A program made the position numbers and the translations under genes. The notes below the pieces were generated by a model. That model ran no database searches. It was not told the origin of the DNA and saw only the letters and a list, made by a program, of their open reading frames with translations. 42,361 nt of DNA from a virus (Duplodnaviria; Caudoviricetes), in IMG/VR virus record IMGVR_UViG_3300020151_001303, positions 1 through 42,361 of that record, one strand, 5' to 3'. This document shows, piece after piece, positions 1 through 8,321 of this stretch; position 1 is the first letter of the stretch, and each line of letters starts with the position of its first letter.

Positions 1-44
1 CTCCACAACCTGAAGTTAAAATAAAATCGAAATCAAATTCGTAA
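1..44 (+). CDS. 3' end of an upstream gene, truncated by the window edge (…PQPEVKIKSKSNS*)
   Basis: Open frame from position 3 to TAA at 42-44, followed by a hairpin. Confidence 0.4.
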   Translation, partial: PQPEVKIKSKSNS

Positions 45-52
45 TTGGAGAT

Positions 53-71
53 GGCGGCTTCGGCCGCCTTT
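53..71 (+). terminator. GC stem-loop with cUUCGg tetraloop; weak terminator or mRNA-stabilising hairpin
   Basis: GGCGGC-TTCG-GCCGCC followed by only TTT; UUCG loops are typical of T4-like intergenic hairpins. Confidence 0.6.
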
Positions 72-85
72 AACAAGGAGATAAG

Positions 86-625
86 ATGAAGTTTAATCTT
101 CCAAAAATTAATTTAGTCACGGCAGTATTAACAGCAGTTGCTGTTTTGTTTACTGTACCAACACTATCAAAAGAATTTATATCAACAGCAACAGAGAAAC
201 AAGTTGCTACGAGTTACAATAAACAAGTAGAATGCCTCGCCAAAAATATTTACTATGAATCGGCTGGCGAATCATACGAAGGTAAATTGGCCGTTGCACA
301 AGTCACAATGAATCGTGTTAAGAGTGGCCAATTCCCAACAGATATCTGTGCTGTCGTTTACCAAAAGACCACAGATGCTAATCTCAGAACAGTTTGCCAA
401 TTCTCATGGACTTGCATGGTTAAAGAAATGGTACACGGACAAGATCGGTATAGATGGGAAGAATCTCTTTTAATTGCAAAAAGAGCATTGACAGTTCCTG
501 TTTTACATGATAAAATAGCAGAAACAAATGCACTATATTACCATGCAACTTACGTGAATCCTGGTTGGAATAAAAACAAGGTTGTAACGAAAATAGGTAA
601 TCATATATTTTATAGTAGAATTTAA
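86..625 (+). CDS. SleB/Hydrolase_2-family cell wall hydrolase with hydrophobic N-terminal signal or anchor
   Basis: CLAKNIYYESAGE…GKLAVAQVTMNRV…CQFSW…ALYYHATYVNPGW…IGNHIFY motifs; AAGGAG RBS. Confidence 0.9.
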   Translation: MKFNLPKINLVTAVLTAVAVLFTVPTLSKEFISTATEKQVATSYNKQVECLAKNIYYESAGESYEGKLAVAQVTMNRVKSGQFPTDICAVVYQKTTDANLRTVCQFSWTCMVKEMVHGQDRYRWEESLLIAKRALTVPVLHDKIAETNALYYHATYVNPGWNKNKVVTKIGNHIFYSRI

Positions 626-626
626 T

Positions 627-848
627 ATGCCAAGTCGTGATGAAATTAAAGAATTTAGTGTAATGGTTGAACAATTGGTGACAGATAAAAAATTAGGTTA
701 TATGGACGCCATCTGCCACCATTGTAAAGAAACAGGACTTGAAATAGAAGTGGCTGCCACTCTGATATCTTCTGCACTCAAAGCAAAGATTAAAGAAGAA
801 GCACAAGATAACAATATGTTAAAAAAGAGTTCGAAACTGCCTATATGA
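627..848 (+). CDS. gp33: Late-promoter transcription co-activator (T4 gp33-like)
   Basis: YMDAI…C…EIE…LIS..LK.KI..EA…NMLK pattern; 33-59-32 gene order. Confidence 0.85.
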   Translation: MPSRDEIKEFSVMVEQLVTDKKLGYMDAICHHCKETGLEIEVAATLISSALKAKIKEEAQDNNMLKKSSKLPI

Positions 849-1450
849 CCGAGAACACAGGCTTTGCAGCCTATGCTCTATGGAACGCATTGAAGCTGCA
901 CTTTACTTCCGATTCTTACGATTACTTCAAATACAATGGTAAGACAAATGTTTCAAAGCAAACATTTACCAACCGTAAAGACAAATACCAATTCTATAAA
1001 TTATCCCGAAAGTTTGATTTAGAACAATTAAAGAATTTTTATATTGCCAATTTTTTAGAAGGCAATGGTGAATGGGTTGGCGACTTATTACAAGATGGCG
1101 ATGGTAATTATGCTAAGTGGCAAAAAAGAATACAGAGCTTGACTTATACCTTTGAAAATGATATAATCAAGTTATTGGATATGGTTGATAATCCAAATGA
1201 ATTGTTAGTTGTGAAACAAAACCAGTTTCCCAAACTAATGCAGTGTGCAACACAAGGTGATATTTGCCTTGAAACTTTAATTATATTAGATAATATTATG
1301 AATTATTTTCCAATGTGGGAAAAAGAAATCTGCGATGATATAGTATGGCCAAATTTTAAAATGAAATGTCAAAAGTATCGGCCATTTCTACATTATGAAA
1401 AAGAAAAGTTCAAAGAAATATTGAAAGAAAAGATTAAAGAGTATGCATAA
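845..1450 (+). CDS. gp59: Helicase loader (T4 gp59-like)
   Basis: ALKLHFT..YDYFKYNGK…F..RKDKYQFYKLSRK; ATGA overlap with gp33. Confidence 0.9.
   Translation: MTENTGFAAYALWNALKLHFTSDSYDYFKYNGKTNVSKQTFTNRKDKYQFYKLSRKFDLEQLKNFYIANFLEGNGEWVGDLLQDGDGNYAKWQKRIQSLTYTFENDIIKLLDMVDNPNELLVVKQNQFPKLMQCATQGDICLETLIILDNIMNYFPMWEKEICDDIVWPNFKMKCQKYRPFLHYEKEKFKEILKEKIKEYA
1139..1167 (+). promoter_or_regulatory. Sigma70-type promoter inside gp59
   Basis: TTGACT(1139-1144)-17 bp-TATAAT(1162-1167). Confidence 0.6.
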
Positions 1451-1928
1451 GATTACAAAGATTTACTTGGACATGGATGGTGTGATTGCCGACTTCAATA
1501 AACGGTACAAAGCACTATACAAAATGGAACCAAAAGAAGCAGAGGACAAAAAAGAGTTTCATAAATTTTTTAGTGAGTTTATTGCCACAAAGCAATTTGC
1601 AACACTTGATTTGATGCCTGATGCTACAATGTTATTAAACTATCTTAGCAAGTTAAATATACCTACTGAGATATTATCCTCAACCTCATCAGAGAAACGA
1701 GATGCTGATATTAGGGCTCAGAAATTGATGTGGTTACAAACACATAATATTGGTTTCAAAGTAAACCTAGTTCCAGGTAAAAGATTAAAAAAAGATTTCT
1801 CTAATGCCAATTCATTATTGATTGACGATACAGCAGTTAATATTGACCAATGGCGTAGAGAGGGTGGTGTTGGTATACTTCACACGGATGCCTTAACTAC
1901 CATCGGTATTTTGAAAATGTACACTTGA
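1443..1928 (+). CDS. HAD-superfamily 5'(3')-deoxyribonucleotidase-like protein
   Basis: IYLDMDGVIADF (DxD), ILSS, K, LLIDD HAD motifs, W…GG.GILH tail. Confidence 0.85.
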   Translation: MHKITKIYLDMDGVIADFNKRYKALYKMEPKEAEDKKEFHKFFSEFIATKQFATLDLMPDATMLLNYLSKLNIPTEILSSTSSEKRDADIRAQKLMWLQTHNIGFKVNLVPGKRLKKDFSNANSLLIDDTAVNIDQWRREGGVGILHTDALTTIGILKMYT

Positions 1929-1953
1929 CATTGGATAAATACTATTATATAAT
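1925..1953 (+). promoter_or_regulatory. Consensus sigma70 promoter for gp32 with a nested T4-like late promoter (GATAAATA 1934-1941)
   Basis: TTGACA(1925-1930)-17 bp-TATAAT(1948-1953). Confidence 0.85.
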
Positions 1954-2018
1954 GAGCAGTCTGTGGATAAGTTGTTTATATACCGTTTAATACTCCGTTT
2001 AATACGAAAGGAAATACT

Positions 2019-2897
2019 ATGAGTTTTGCAAATCTAAAACGCCAATCTGGCAACCTCGAAAAGTTATCTAAAGCAGTCGAGGCACTCTCCCAAACAACCG
2101 AAGGTAATACAAAGGTCGATAATTTCTGGCGTCCAGAAGTTGATAAAGCAGGTAATGGCATGGCCACTATCCGTTTTCTTCCTGCATCTGAAAAAGATGG
2201 TGATGATGCTCTGCCTTGGGTCAAAATCTTCTCACATGGATTCCAAGGTCCTGGTGGTTGGTTAATTGATAATTGTTTGACCACTAAGAATCAACAATGT
2301 CCTGTGTGTGAACACAATTCTGCATTGTGGAATTCTGGTATAGAAGCGAACAAAGATGTAGTTCGCAAACAAAAACGTAAACTAAATTACGTTTCAAACG
2401 TTTATGTTGTATCTGATCCAAAACATCCTGAGAATGAAGGCAAAGTCTTTCTGTTCCGTTATGGTAAGAAAATCTTTGATAAGATTACTGAAGCCATGAA
2501 TCCTCAGTTTGCTGATGAACAAGCAGTCAATCCATTTGATTTATGGAAAGGTGCTAACTTCAAGTTAAAGATTCGTAAAGTTGAAGGTTATCAGAATTAT
2601 GACAAATCTGAATTCGAATCAGCAGCTCCATTATCCGCTAATGATGCTGACCTTGAAACAATTTGGAAATCACAATACTCACTACAAGAGTTAGTTAGTG
2701 ACAAAGAATTTAAGTCATATGATGATTTGAAGAAACGTCTTGATAAGGTACTTGGCCTCAATGGTGAAGCACCAAAGACGACCGTAGAACAGGTAAAAGC
2801 AAAAGAGTTTACTGCTACTAAGAAAACAGTTGCTGAACCTGACTTAGCAGATGATGATGATATGGCATACTTTAGTAAGCTTGCTGAAGAAGATTAA
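2019..2897 (+). CDS. gp32: Single-stranded DNA-binding protein (T4 gp32-like)
   Basis: DKAGNG.A.IRFLP, HGFQGPGGW.I.NCLTT…CPVC Zn site, NYDKSEF, acidic C-terminus; GAAAGGA RBS. Confidence 0.97.
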   Translation: MSFANLKRQSGNLEKLSKAVEALSQTTEGNTKVDNFWRPEVDKAGNGMATIRFLPASEKDGDDALPWVKIFSHGFQGPGGWLIDNCLTTKNQQCPVCEHNSALWNSGIEANKDVVRKQKRKLNYVSNVYVVSDPKHPENEGKVFLFRYGKKIFDKITEAMNPQFADEQAVNPFDLWKGANFKLKIRKVEGYQNYDKSEFESAAPLSANDADLETIWKSQYSLQELVSDKEFKSYDDLKKRLDKVLGLNGEAPKTTVEQVKAKEFTATKKTVAEPDLADDDDMAYFSKLAEED

Positions 2898-2936
2898 TGC
2901 CTTGTGAATTTTTAACTTTGATTGAAAGGAAATAAA

Positions 2937-3065
2937 ATGAAGTATCTCGTATCTCTACTCGCAGCTGCATTTGCAGTAACAGCCTTTGCTCAAGCTCCTA
3001 AGAAAGAAGAGCCAAAGAAAGAAGCTCCAAAAGCAGAAGTTAAGAAAGACGAAAAGAAGAAGTAA
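2937..3065 (+). CDS. 42-aa secreted Lys/Glu-rich peptide, absent from the ORF track
   Basis: MKYLVSLLAAAFAVTAFA|QAPKKEEPKKEAPKAEVKKDEKKK; GAAAGGAAATA RBS as for gp32; AFA signal-peptidase site. Confidence 0.8.
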   Translation: MKYLVSLLAAAFAVTAFAQAPKKEEPKKEAPKAEVKKDEKKK

Positions 3066-3083
3066 TCTTTTCTCACTTAAAAG

Positions 3084-3108
3084 AAACCCCGCTACGGCGG
3101 GGTTTTTT
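3084..3108. terminator. Intrinsic terminator between convergent operons, probably bidirectional
   Basis: AAACCCCGC-TACG-GCGGGGTTTTTT, UNCG loop, A-rich on the left and T-tract on the right. Confidence 0.92.
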
Positions 3109-3113
3109 ATTGG

Positions 3114-4445
3114 TTATACAACTCTGGTACTGTATAATATCATTCGTTGAAATGTTTCTTCTAAGTTCCTAACAGGAGGCAAAAAATCTTTTCTCTCTGT
3201 TGATGGTGATGATGTTTTAACTGAATTGTTTACTTGAATTGCAGGATCTTCAGCACTCTCTGGTAATTTCATATCTAAATTTTCAGATTGAACATTTTGC
3301 AACTGTGAACCCATATTTGGAGATTCCATTGCAACAGAAGCTTCACCGCCAGCAGGAGTTGATGATGATCCCGTTGCACCTGTTCCAGCAGAACCGCCAG
3401 CCATTGGTGAAGCGGATGGTGTTGAGGATTCTCCCGTTTCTGTTGATGTTGGTGTCTGTGTTGCTTGGTTAACAGGTGTTGCTGTTCTACCATCTCTTTT
3501 TGCCTTATAGTCTTGCACAGCCTTTGCGGCTTCTGGTCCTTTTTTAATAAATGGTTCTAATTGTACATCATTTAATTTTTCGCCTTCATTATAAGTTTTT
3601 TCATAATTTTCTATTTCTGCCATCGTTCTTTCATATTCTGGCAGTTTTCTAATTCTATCTTCTTCATCTTTGGCACCAGCAAGGCCACCGACCGATTCGG
3701 CTTGCCTTAGTCCTTTACTCAAAGCGGAATTTACATCTTCATAACCAGATTCACTTGTTAAAGCTTTTACTAAAAAATAACCTATTGCGCCAGCTGAAGC
3801 TGCACCAAGAATTACTCCACCAATTGGTCCAACAGCCCATGTAGCTAAAGTTCCTAATCCTTTTAGTGCAGATTTTGCAATATCTTTTAATCCAAATGCT
3901 GCAATGATTGTATCTTCTTCTTCTTTTTTATCTTCTGATGTTTTTGTTGCAGAAGCTTTACCAGAATATTTTTTACCTGTAATGGCTTCCATTAATTCTT
4001 TATGTCTACGTAATCTTTCTGATTCTCTTTCTTCAGCAAAATTATTTTCTTTGTCTTTTTGAAATTGATCGTCCTCTAAAGATTTTTTCAATAAATCTTC
4101 TATATTCAATAGAATTGAAGATATTTCATTATCTTCACCCATAAGATTATCTAAAGTGGAACCGCCTCGACCTTTTCTAGTTTTACCAGCAAAAAATTTA
4201 ATATCTTTTTTTGAACGACCCAATATTTTACCCAACAAAGCAGGACCCAAAGAAGAACCACCAGTCATAAATTTTGCCATATTCAAAGGATCAAATGCCT
4301 GTTTGAAACCAGTCATTTTAGCTTTAGTTTTGTCTGATATAGTGGATTTGAGTGATTCGCCAATGCCTCCACCACCAATTAATTTCTTGGCCATTAAATC
4401 ACCAAAACTGGTGCCTCGAATGTCTTTTGCTTTTTGATATTCCAT
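3114..4445 (-). CDS. Tape-measure-position or ejected virion protein; paralogue of the neighbouring gene
   Basis: N-terminal ~87 aa similar to 4448-6049; hydrophobic segment WAVGPIGGVILGAASAGAIGYFLV; S/T/G-rich linker. Confidence 0.55.
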   Translation of the reverse strand: MEYQKAKDIRGTSFGDLMAKKLIGGGGIGESLKSTISDKTKAKMTGFKQAFDPLNMAKFMTGGSSLGPALLGKILGRSKKDIKFFAGKTRKGRGGSTLDNLMGEDNEISSILLNIEDLLKKSLEDDQFQKDKENNFAEERESERLRRHKELMEAITGKKYSGKASATKTSEDKKEEEDTIIAAFGLKDIAKSALKGLGTLATWAVGPIGGVILGAASAGAIGYFLVKALTSESGYEDVNSALSKGLRQAESVGGLAGAKDEEDRIRKLPEYERTMAEIENYEKTYNEGEKLNDVQLEPFIKKGPEAAKAVQDYKAKRDGRTATPVNQATQTPTSTETGESSTPSASPMAGGSAGTGATGSSSTPAGGEASVAMESPNMGSQLQNVQSENLDMKLPESAEDPAIQVNNSVKTSSPSTERKDFLPPVRNLEETFQRMILYSTRVV

Positions 4446-4447
4446 TC

Positions 4448-6049
4448 TTAACCTCGGGTTTTCTGCATATATGCTGGCCTATCATCTGATGGTGCCGAGC
4501 TTGATGGAGAAGATTGTTTTTGTACGTTAGTTGTATTATTATTTACATTAATTGCAGGCCTATCTTTATTGGCAGCATCTTCTTTGAGATTTTTATTTTC
4601 TTTAGATGATTGGTCTATTTGCGAACCAGAATTTAGATTCATTGATTCAATTTCCGATGCCAACTCAGCTCTTTTTTTACCTTTTTCTTTTGTCGGATCT
4701 GAAAAACCAACAGCTCTATTAACTAATGATATATCTTCAAGACTTTTAGGATCACCTTTTGTTAGATTTTTTTTATAATTAAGAAAAAACCAAGGTATAG
4801 ATTTTGCTGCTATCTCTGCAGTATTTAATAAATCTGGATTTGAAACTAAATCAACTTTAAGATAATCACCTAAAGATTTATAAGCATTTTTTCCGGTAAT
4901 TTGTAAAAAACCTCGGCCTCGATATTTCCACCCATCACCTGGAGAAGAATTACCATCAGTTGTTGCATATACATGATTAGCTAATTGTTCGCTCCTATCA
5001 TCTCCTTTTTTTGAAACGAACTGCTGAGCAAATTCCTCTGAAGGTATTCTATTTTTACCAAAAGTTCCCATTATTCCTTTTGCCGTTGTATAGAATAGAC
5101 TTTCACTTTTTGGTACAAAATTTGATTCTGATTTTACTTGTGCTAAAACATTAGCTTGTGCTTTTTGAGAAAGACCAGCAGCAACAAGTGCAGAAATAAC
5201 TACTCCTGCGCCCGCACCTAATTTAGCAGCTGCGCCGCCAATAATTGGTGGTTTAACTGTTGGTGTAGCTGTTGAAGGTTTTGCTGCTTCTATCGGTTTA
5301 GGTGCAGGTGCCGCAGTAGGTGGCTTAACTTCTGGCTTTGGTGCAGGTGCCGCAGTAGGTGGCTTAACCTCTGGCTTAGGTGCGGGTGCGGCTGTTGGCG
5401 GCTTTTCAGGTGCCTTGGCCGGTGGCTTTTCAGGAGCTTTAGCTGGCGGCTTTTCAGGTGCCTTGGCCGGTGGCTTTTCAGGTGCTTTTTCTTCTTGTTT
5501 TTTTTCTTTTCTTTCAGCCTCTTTTTGCTTTACTTCTTCTTTTCTTTTTTCTTTTGGAGTTTTTTTTCTACGAGCAGTTAAAGCTTTGATTAACTCTTGA
5601 TTTCTTAATTCTTCTTGTGCTTCAAGACTTTCTTCAAAGTTTTGTTTCTTTTGCCGTTGACGTAGTTTGCTGTCCCTATCTCGTTTCAACAAATCATAAA
5701 TTCTACCTAAAGATTCGGTAGATTCTTCTAAATCTTTACCACTCAATCCTGTTGTTGCTTTTTGATTTAATTTTTGTTTTTTTGGATCACCGGCAAAATA
5801 TTGCAAATCTTGTTGACTTCTTCCTGTCATCTTGCCAAGTAAAGCAGGACCTAAACGACTACCGCCAGTTAGTGCTTTTGCTATATTAAGTGGATCGAAT
5901 TTTTCTTTGATGCCCGTCATACGAGCTTTAGATTTTTCTGAAAGTGTTTTTTTAAATGACTCTCCTATGCCAGAACCAGAAATTAAATTTTCTGCCATTC
6001 TTTCAGAAAAGGATTTACCTCTTAGGTCTTTTGCCTTTTTATAGTCCAT
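4448..6049 (-). CDS. Tape-measure-position virion protein with GH19 (chitinase/lysozyme-like) domain
   Basis: LAQVKSES…ESL.Y…LANHVY…GN..PGDGWKYRGRGFLQITGKNAY…NPDLL GH19 motifs; Pro-rich linker. Confidence 0.8.
   Translation of the reverse strand: MDYKKAKDLRGKSFSERMAENLISGSGIGESFKKTLSEKSKARMTGIKEKFDPLNIAKALTGGSRLGPALLGKMTGRSQQDLQYFAGDPKKQKLNQKATTGLSGKDLEESTESLGRIYDLLKRDRDSKLRQRQKKQNFEESLEAQEELRNQELIKALTARRKKTPKEKRKEEVKQKEAERKEKKQEEKAPEKPPAKAPEKPPAKAPEKPPAKAPEKPPTAAPAPKPEVKPPTAAPAPKPEVKPPTAAPAPKPIEAAKPSTATPTVKPPIIGGAAAKLGAGAGVVISALVAAGLSQKAQANVLAQVKSESNFVPKSESLFYTTAKGIMGTFGKNRIPSEEFAQQFVSKKGDDRSEQLANHVYATTDGNSSPGDGWKYRGRGFLQITGKNAYKSLGDYLKVDLVSNPDLLNTAEIAAKSIPWFFLNYKKNLTKGDPKSLEDISLVNRAVGFSDPTKEKGKKRAELASEIESMNLNSGSQIDQSSKENKNLKEDAANKDRPAINVNNNTTNVQKQSSPSSSAPSDDRPAYMQKTRG
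5295..5491 (-). repeat. Coding tandem repeats: about 4 x KAPEKPP(A/T) then 3 x KPPTAAPAPKP
   Basis: 24-bp and 39-bp repeat units visible in DNA and in the translation. Confidence 0.9.
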
Positions 6050-6052
6050 TTA

Positions 6053-6253
6053 CTATCTTTTTTTCTTTTGGCGTTCTTTTATCTTTTGATTTTCTTCTTC
6101 AATGTACTGTATCAAAAGGGAGATGTAGATATCTCTTTCCCAAGGCATCATATTTTCAAGTTCGGTCAAGCTATACTTATGGTGTTGCATTAACGAAAAA
6201 TTCGTTTTGTAATAATTCTTCAAATTTTCATGACGAAATGTTAACCGAAAAAA
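6053..6253 (-). CDS. gp51: gp51-like baseplate hub assembly protein, absent from the ORF track; first ATG at 6190, possibly expressed by -1 frameshift from gp26
   Basis: FFRLTFRHENLKNYYKTNFSLMQHHKYSLTELENMMPWERDIYISLLIQYIEEENQKIKERQKKKR*; TAG at 6055-6053. Confidence 0.85.
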   Translation of the reverse strand, partial: FFRLTFRHENLKNYYKTNFSLMQHHKYSLTELENMMPWERDIYISLLIQYIEEENQKIKERQKKKR

Positions 6254-6966
6254 CTTTCTAACCCTTCCACCTCTATCGTGTGGTTAAACCCACACTTACT
6301 ACAAGTGATGTTGACATCTTCTTTTAATTTTGGTAAATTATCAAAGAATTTTTCTACTTTAGAAAATTGTTCTTGGTTCATACCTTCTACAAATTGTAAC
6401 ATTTCACCAGGTTGTGCTTCATGGCCATAATAAAACTGTTCACCATCATAAATGTGTTCTATAGATTCAGCAATCATATTAAAGGTCACTTCATTAATAT
6501 CCTCAAACTTCAAAGAATCTTTAACAACACCAAACTCTGGATACTTCATTTTAATACTGATTTGTGGTGTTAGTTGAATCTCCGGTTTAATATCTTCTGC
6601 CACTTGAACTTTAATCTGTGTTAGGTCAATATTCTTTTCCATAATATTACCACACTCTTTATCTTCTACAATATTGTTACAACGATAACGAGATTCAACA
6701 ATTTCACCTACAGATTTGGCTCTTAGATTAATAAAGTAATATTCAATATCAATAATTGGTAGTTTATCAATGTCAACATCATCTGAGAGTGTGCAGTTGA
6801 TAAGAATATCACGTACTGCTTGTTGTGTGGAATTTGAATCTTGTGATTCTAAAGCCATCAAAAGATTACGCTGTTCTTTAACAAGAAACGGCCGGTATTT
6901 TAATTTTTTCTTTGAAACTGGCAAATCAATTTCATAAGATGGTACATCAAGTTTTGGCAAAGCCAT
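6241..6966 (-). CDS. gp26: Baseplate hub assembly chaperone (gp26-like of T4-like phages)
   Basis: MALPKL..P.YE..LP…YRPFLVKE…LRAKSVGE…CxxC…GLESFFG; AAGGAG RBS. Confidence 0.88.
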   Translation of the reverse strand: MALPKLDVPSYEIDLPVSKKKLKYRPFLVKEQRNLLMALESQDSNSTQQAVRDILINCTLSDDVDIDKLPIIDIEYYFINLRAKSVGEIVESRYRCNNIVEDKECGNIMEKNIDLTQIKVQVAEDIKPEIQLTPQISIKMKYPEFGVVKDSLKFEDINEVTFNMIAESIEHIYDGEQFYYGHEAQPGEMLQFVEGMNQEQFSKVEKFFDNLPKLKEDVNITCSKCGFNHTIEVEGLESFFG

Positions 6967-7002
6967 ATTATATCTCCTTTTTCAAATCAATTTATTAGTT
7001 GT

Positions 7003-7716
7003 TTATGCACCCAATACCACACCTGGTGTATTTGTTAAATTTGAGAGTGCATCTCGATTAACAAAGCTTTCACCAGGTAATAATCCAGCATCTGTTGCAG
7101 ATATATCTGGAAAAGGCAACTGCTGTTCTGCGCCGTTTAAAATACCTGATACTGCAGCAAGACCAGCATCAACCAACTGCATACCAGCTGCCTGTAAAGA
7201 ATTATTTTGCCAATATGTGTAGGCAAAAGTAACATTTAATTTATGATAACCATCGTTACTCCAATCTAAATCCATTTGATTAATAGAAACAGGAAAGGCA
7301 TCATACAAACTTACAGAATAAGTTAATTTATTTGTTACATCATATTGATTGAGTGTTAATATGGTTGCATATTCTTGTTTATAACGAATGTGGTTATTAT
7401 ACAATGGGTTGATAAAGTTCAACCAAGCATCAAACAATATTTTTTGTTGCATATCATCATCAACAATAAATGTCATATCAATATCGGTATATGTGTTAAG
7501 ATACGGAAACTTTTCTATCGGTCCGTATGTTTTTTGTTCTGTTGTTGCTAATGTTCTGCCAGGTAAACTAGTGGATTCACAACGATAAACTAACTGCCTT
7601 GCACCTGCAATGTATGGTATTAATACCAATGGAATATTAACATTCACATCAAATTTATGAGGTCTTGCTACGTCTTTACGAAAACTTGATTTAAATTCGT
7701 TAATGGTACCCGCCAT
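7003..7716 (-). CDS. Tail tube family protein (gp19/gp54-like)
   Basis: ARP..F.V…CES..LPG…YGP…PY…LYDAFPVSI..MDLDW…VTFAY..W. Confidence 0.8.
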   Translation of the reverse strand: MAGTINEFKSSFRKDVARPHKFDVNVNIPLVLIPYIAGARQLVYRCESTSLPGRTLATTEQKTYGPIEKFPYLNTYTDIDMTFIVDDDMQQKILFDAWLNFINPLYNNHIRYKQEYATILTLNQYDVTNKLTYSVSLYDAFPVSINQMDLDWSNDGYHKLNVTFAYTYWQNNSLQAAGMQLVDAGLAAVSGILNGAEQQLPFPDISATDAGLLPGESFVNRDALSNLTNTPGVVLGA

Positions 7717-7717
7717 T

Positions 7718-8308
7718 TTAGTTCCTTATTTGTTCTAATGATTCTTGCCACACTTCTTGAGCTTTGGCACCTCTAAACTGCTGAAGTGGCAACATAGCCG
7801 CAACGTCCCATTCATTAGGCTGAATGGCAAGTATCTTTGACTGGATGTGACCAGCAAGATAACGTTTAATACAAGGCCGAAACTCTTTAAGGCGCTTGGA
7901 GGCGACTAAAATATCATAGGTGACTCTCAACCTGTCAATTTCTCCTGGTTCGCCTTGGACCGCAAATTTAAGTAGTTTACCTAAAAATGCCAGACGATAA
8001 TTAAATGGTAAATAATGAAGGTTCAGGCCTAGAAAACCATCATTATACTTCTCGATTGCCAGTACCATTGGAAAACGGTCATAATATGGCAAACTTTCTT
8101 TACCTTTTGGATCGTAGTAAAAACAATACAATTTACCCAATCTAAAATTATCTACTTGTCTAAATCTTTCACGGCTCATACCCGCAGGTATGTTTGAGGT
8201 GCCTCGTAATTCAGCAATCTTTTGGCTCAGCCATTCAAGTGATTTTTTTGATCCCATCTGCATATCAGCTGGGCGTGCATTGGCTAATTGTGTAAGTTTA
8301 GATTCCAT
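7718..8308 (-). CDS. gp2: DNA end protector protein (T4 gp2-like)
   Basis: G.LY.FYYDPK.K..LPYYDRFP…GFLGLNLHYLP…PCIKRYL. Confidence 0.92.
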   Translation of the reverse strand: MESKLTQLANARPADMQMGSKKSLEWLSQKIAELRGTSNIPAGMSRERFRQVDNFRLGKLYCFYYDPKGKESLPYYDRFPMVLAIEKYNDGFLGLNLHYLPFNYRLAFLGKLLKFAVQGEPGEIDRLRVTYDILVASKRLKEFRPCIKRYLAGHIQSKILAIQPNEWDVAAMLPLQQFRGAKAQEVWQESLEQIRN

Positions 8309-8313
8309 TGAGG

Positions 8314-8321
8314 TATTTAGT
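8314..8321 (-). promoter_or_regulatory. T4-like late promoter variant (ACTAAATA) for gp2 and downstream genes
   Basis: Lies in the gp4-gp2 gap just upstream of the gp2 start. Confidence 0.55.
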
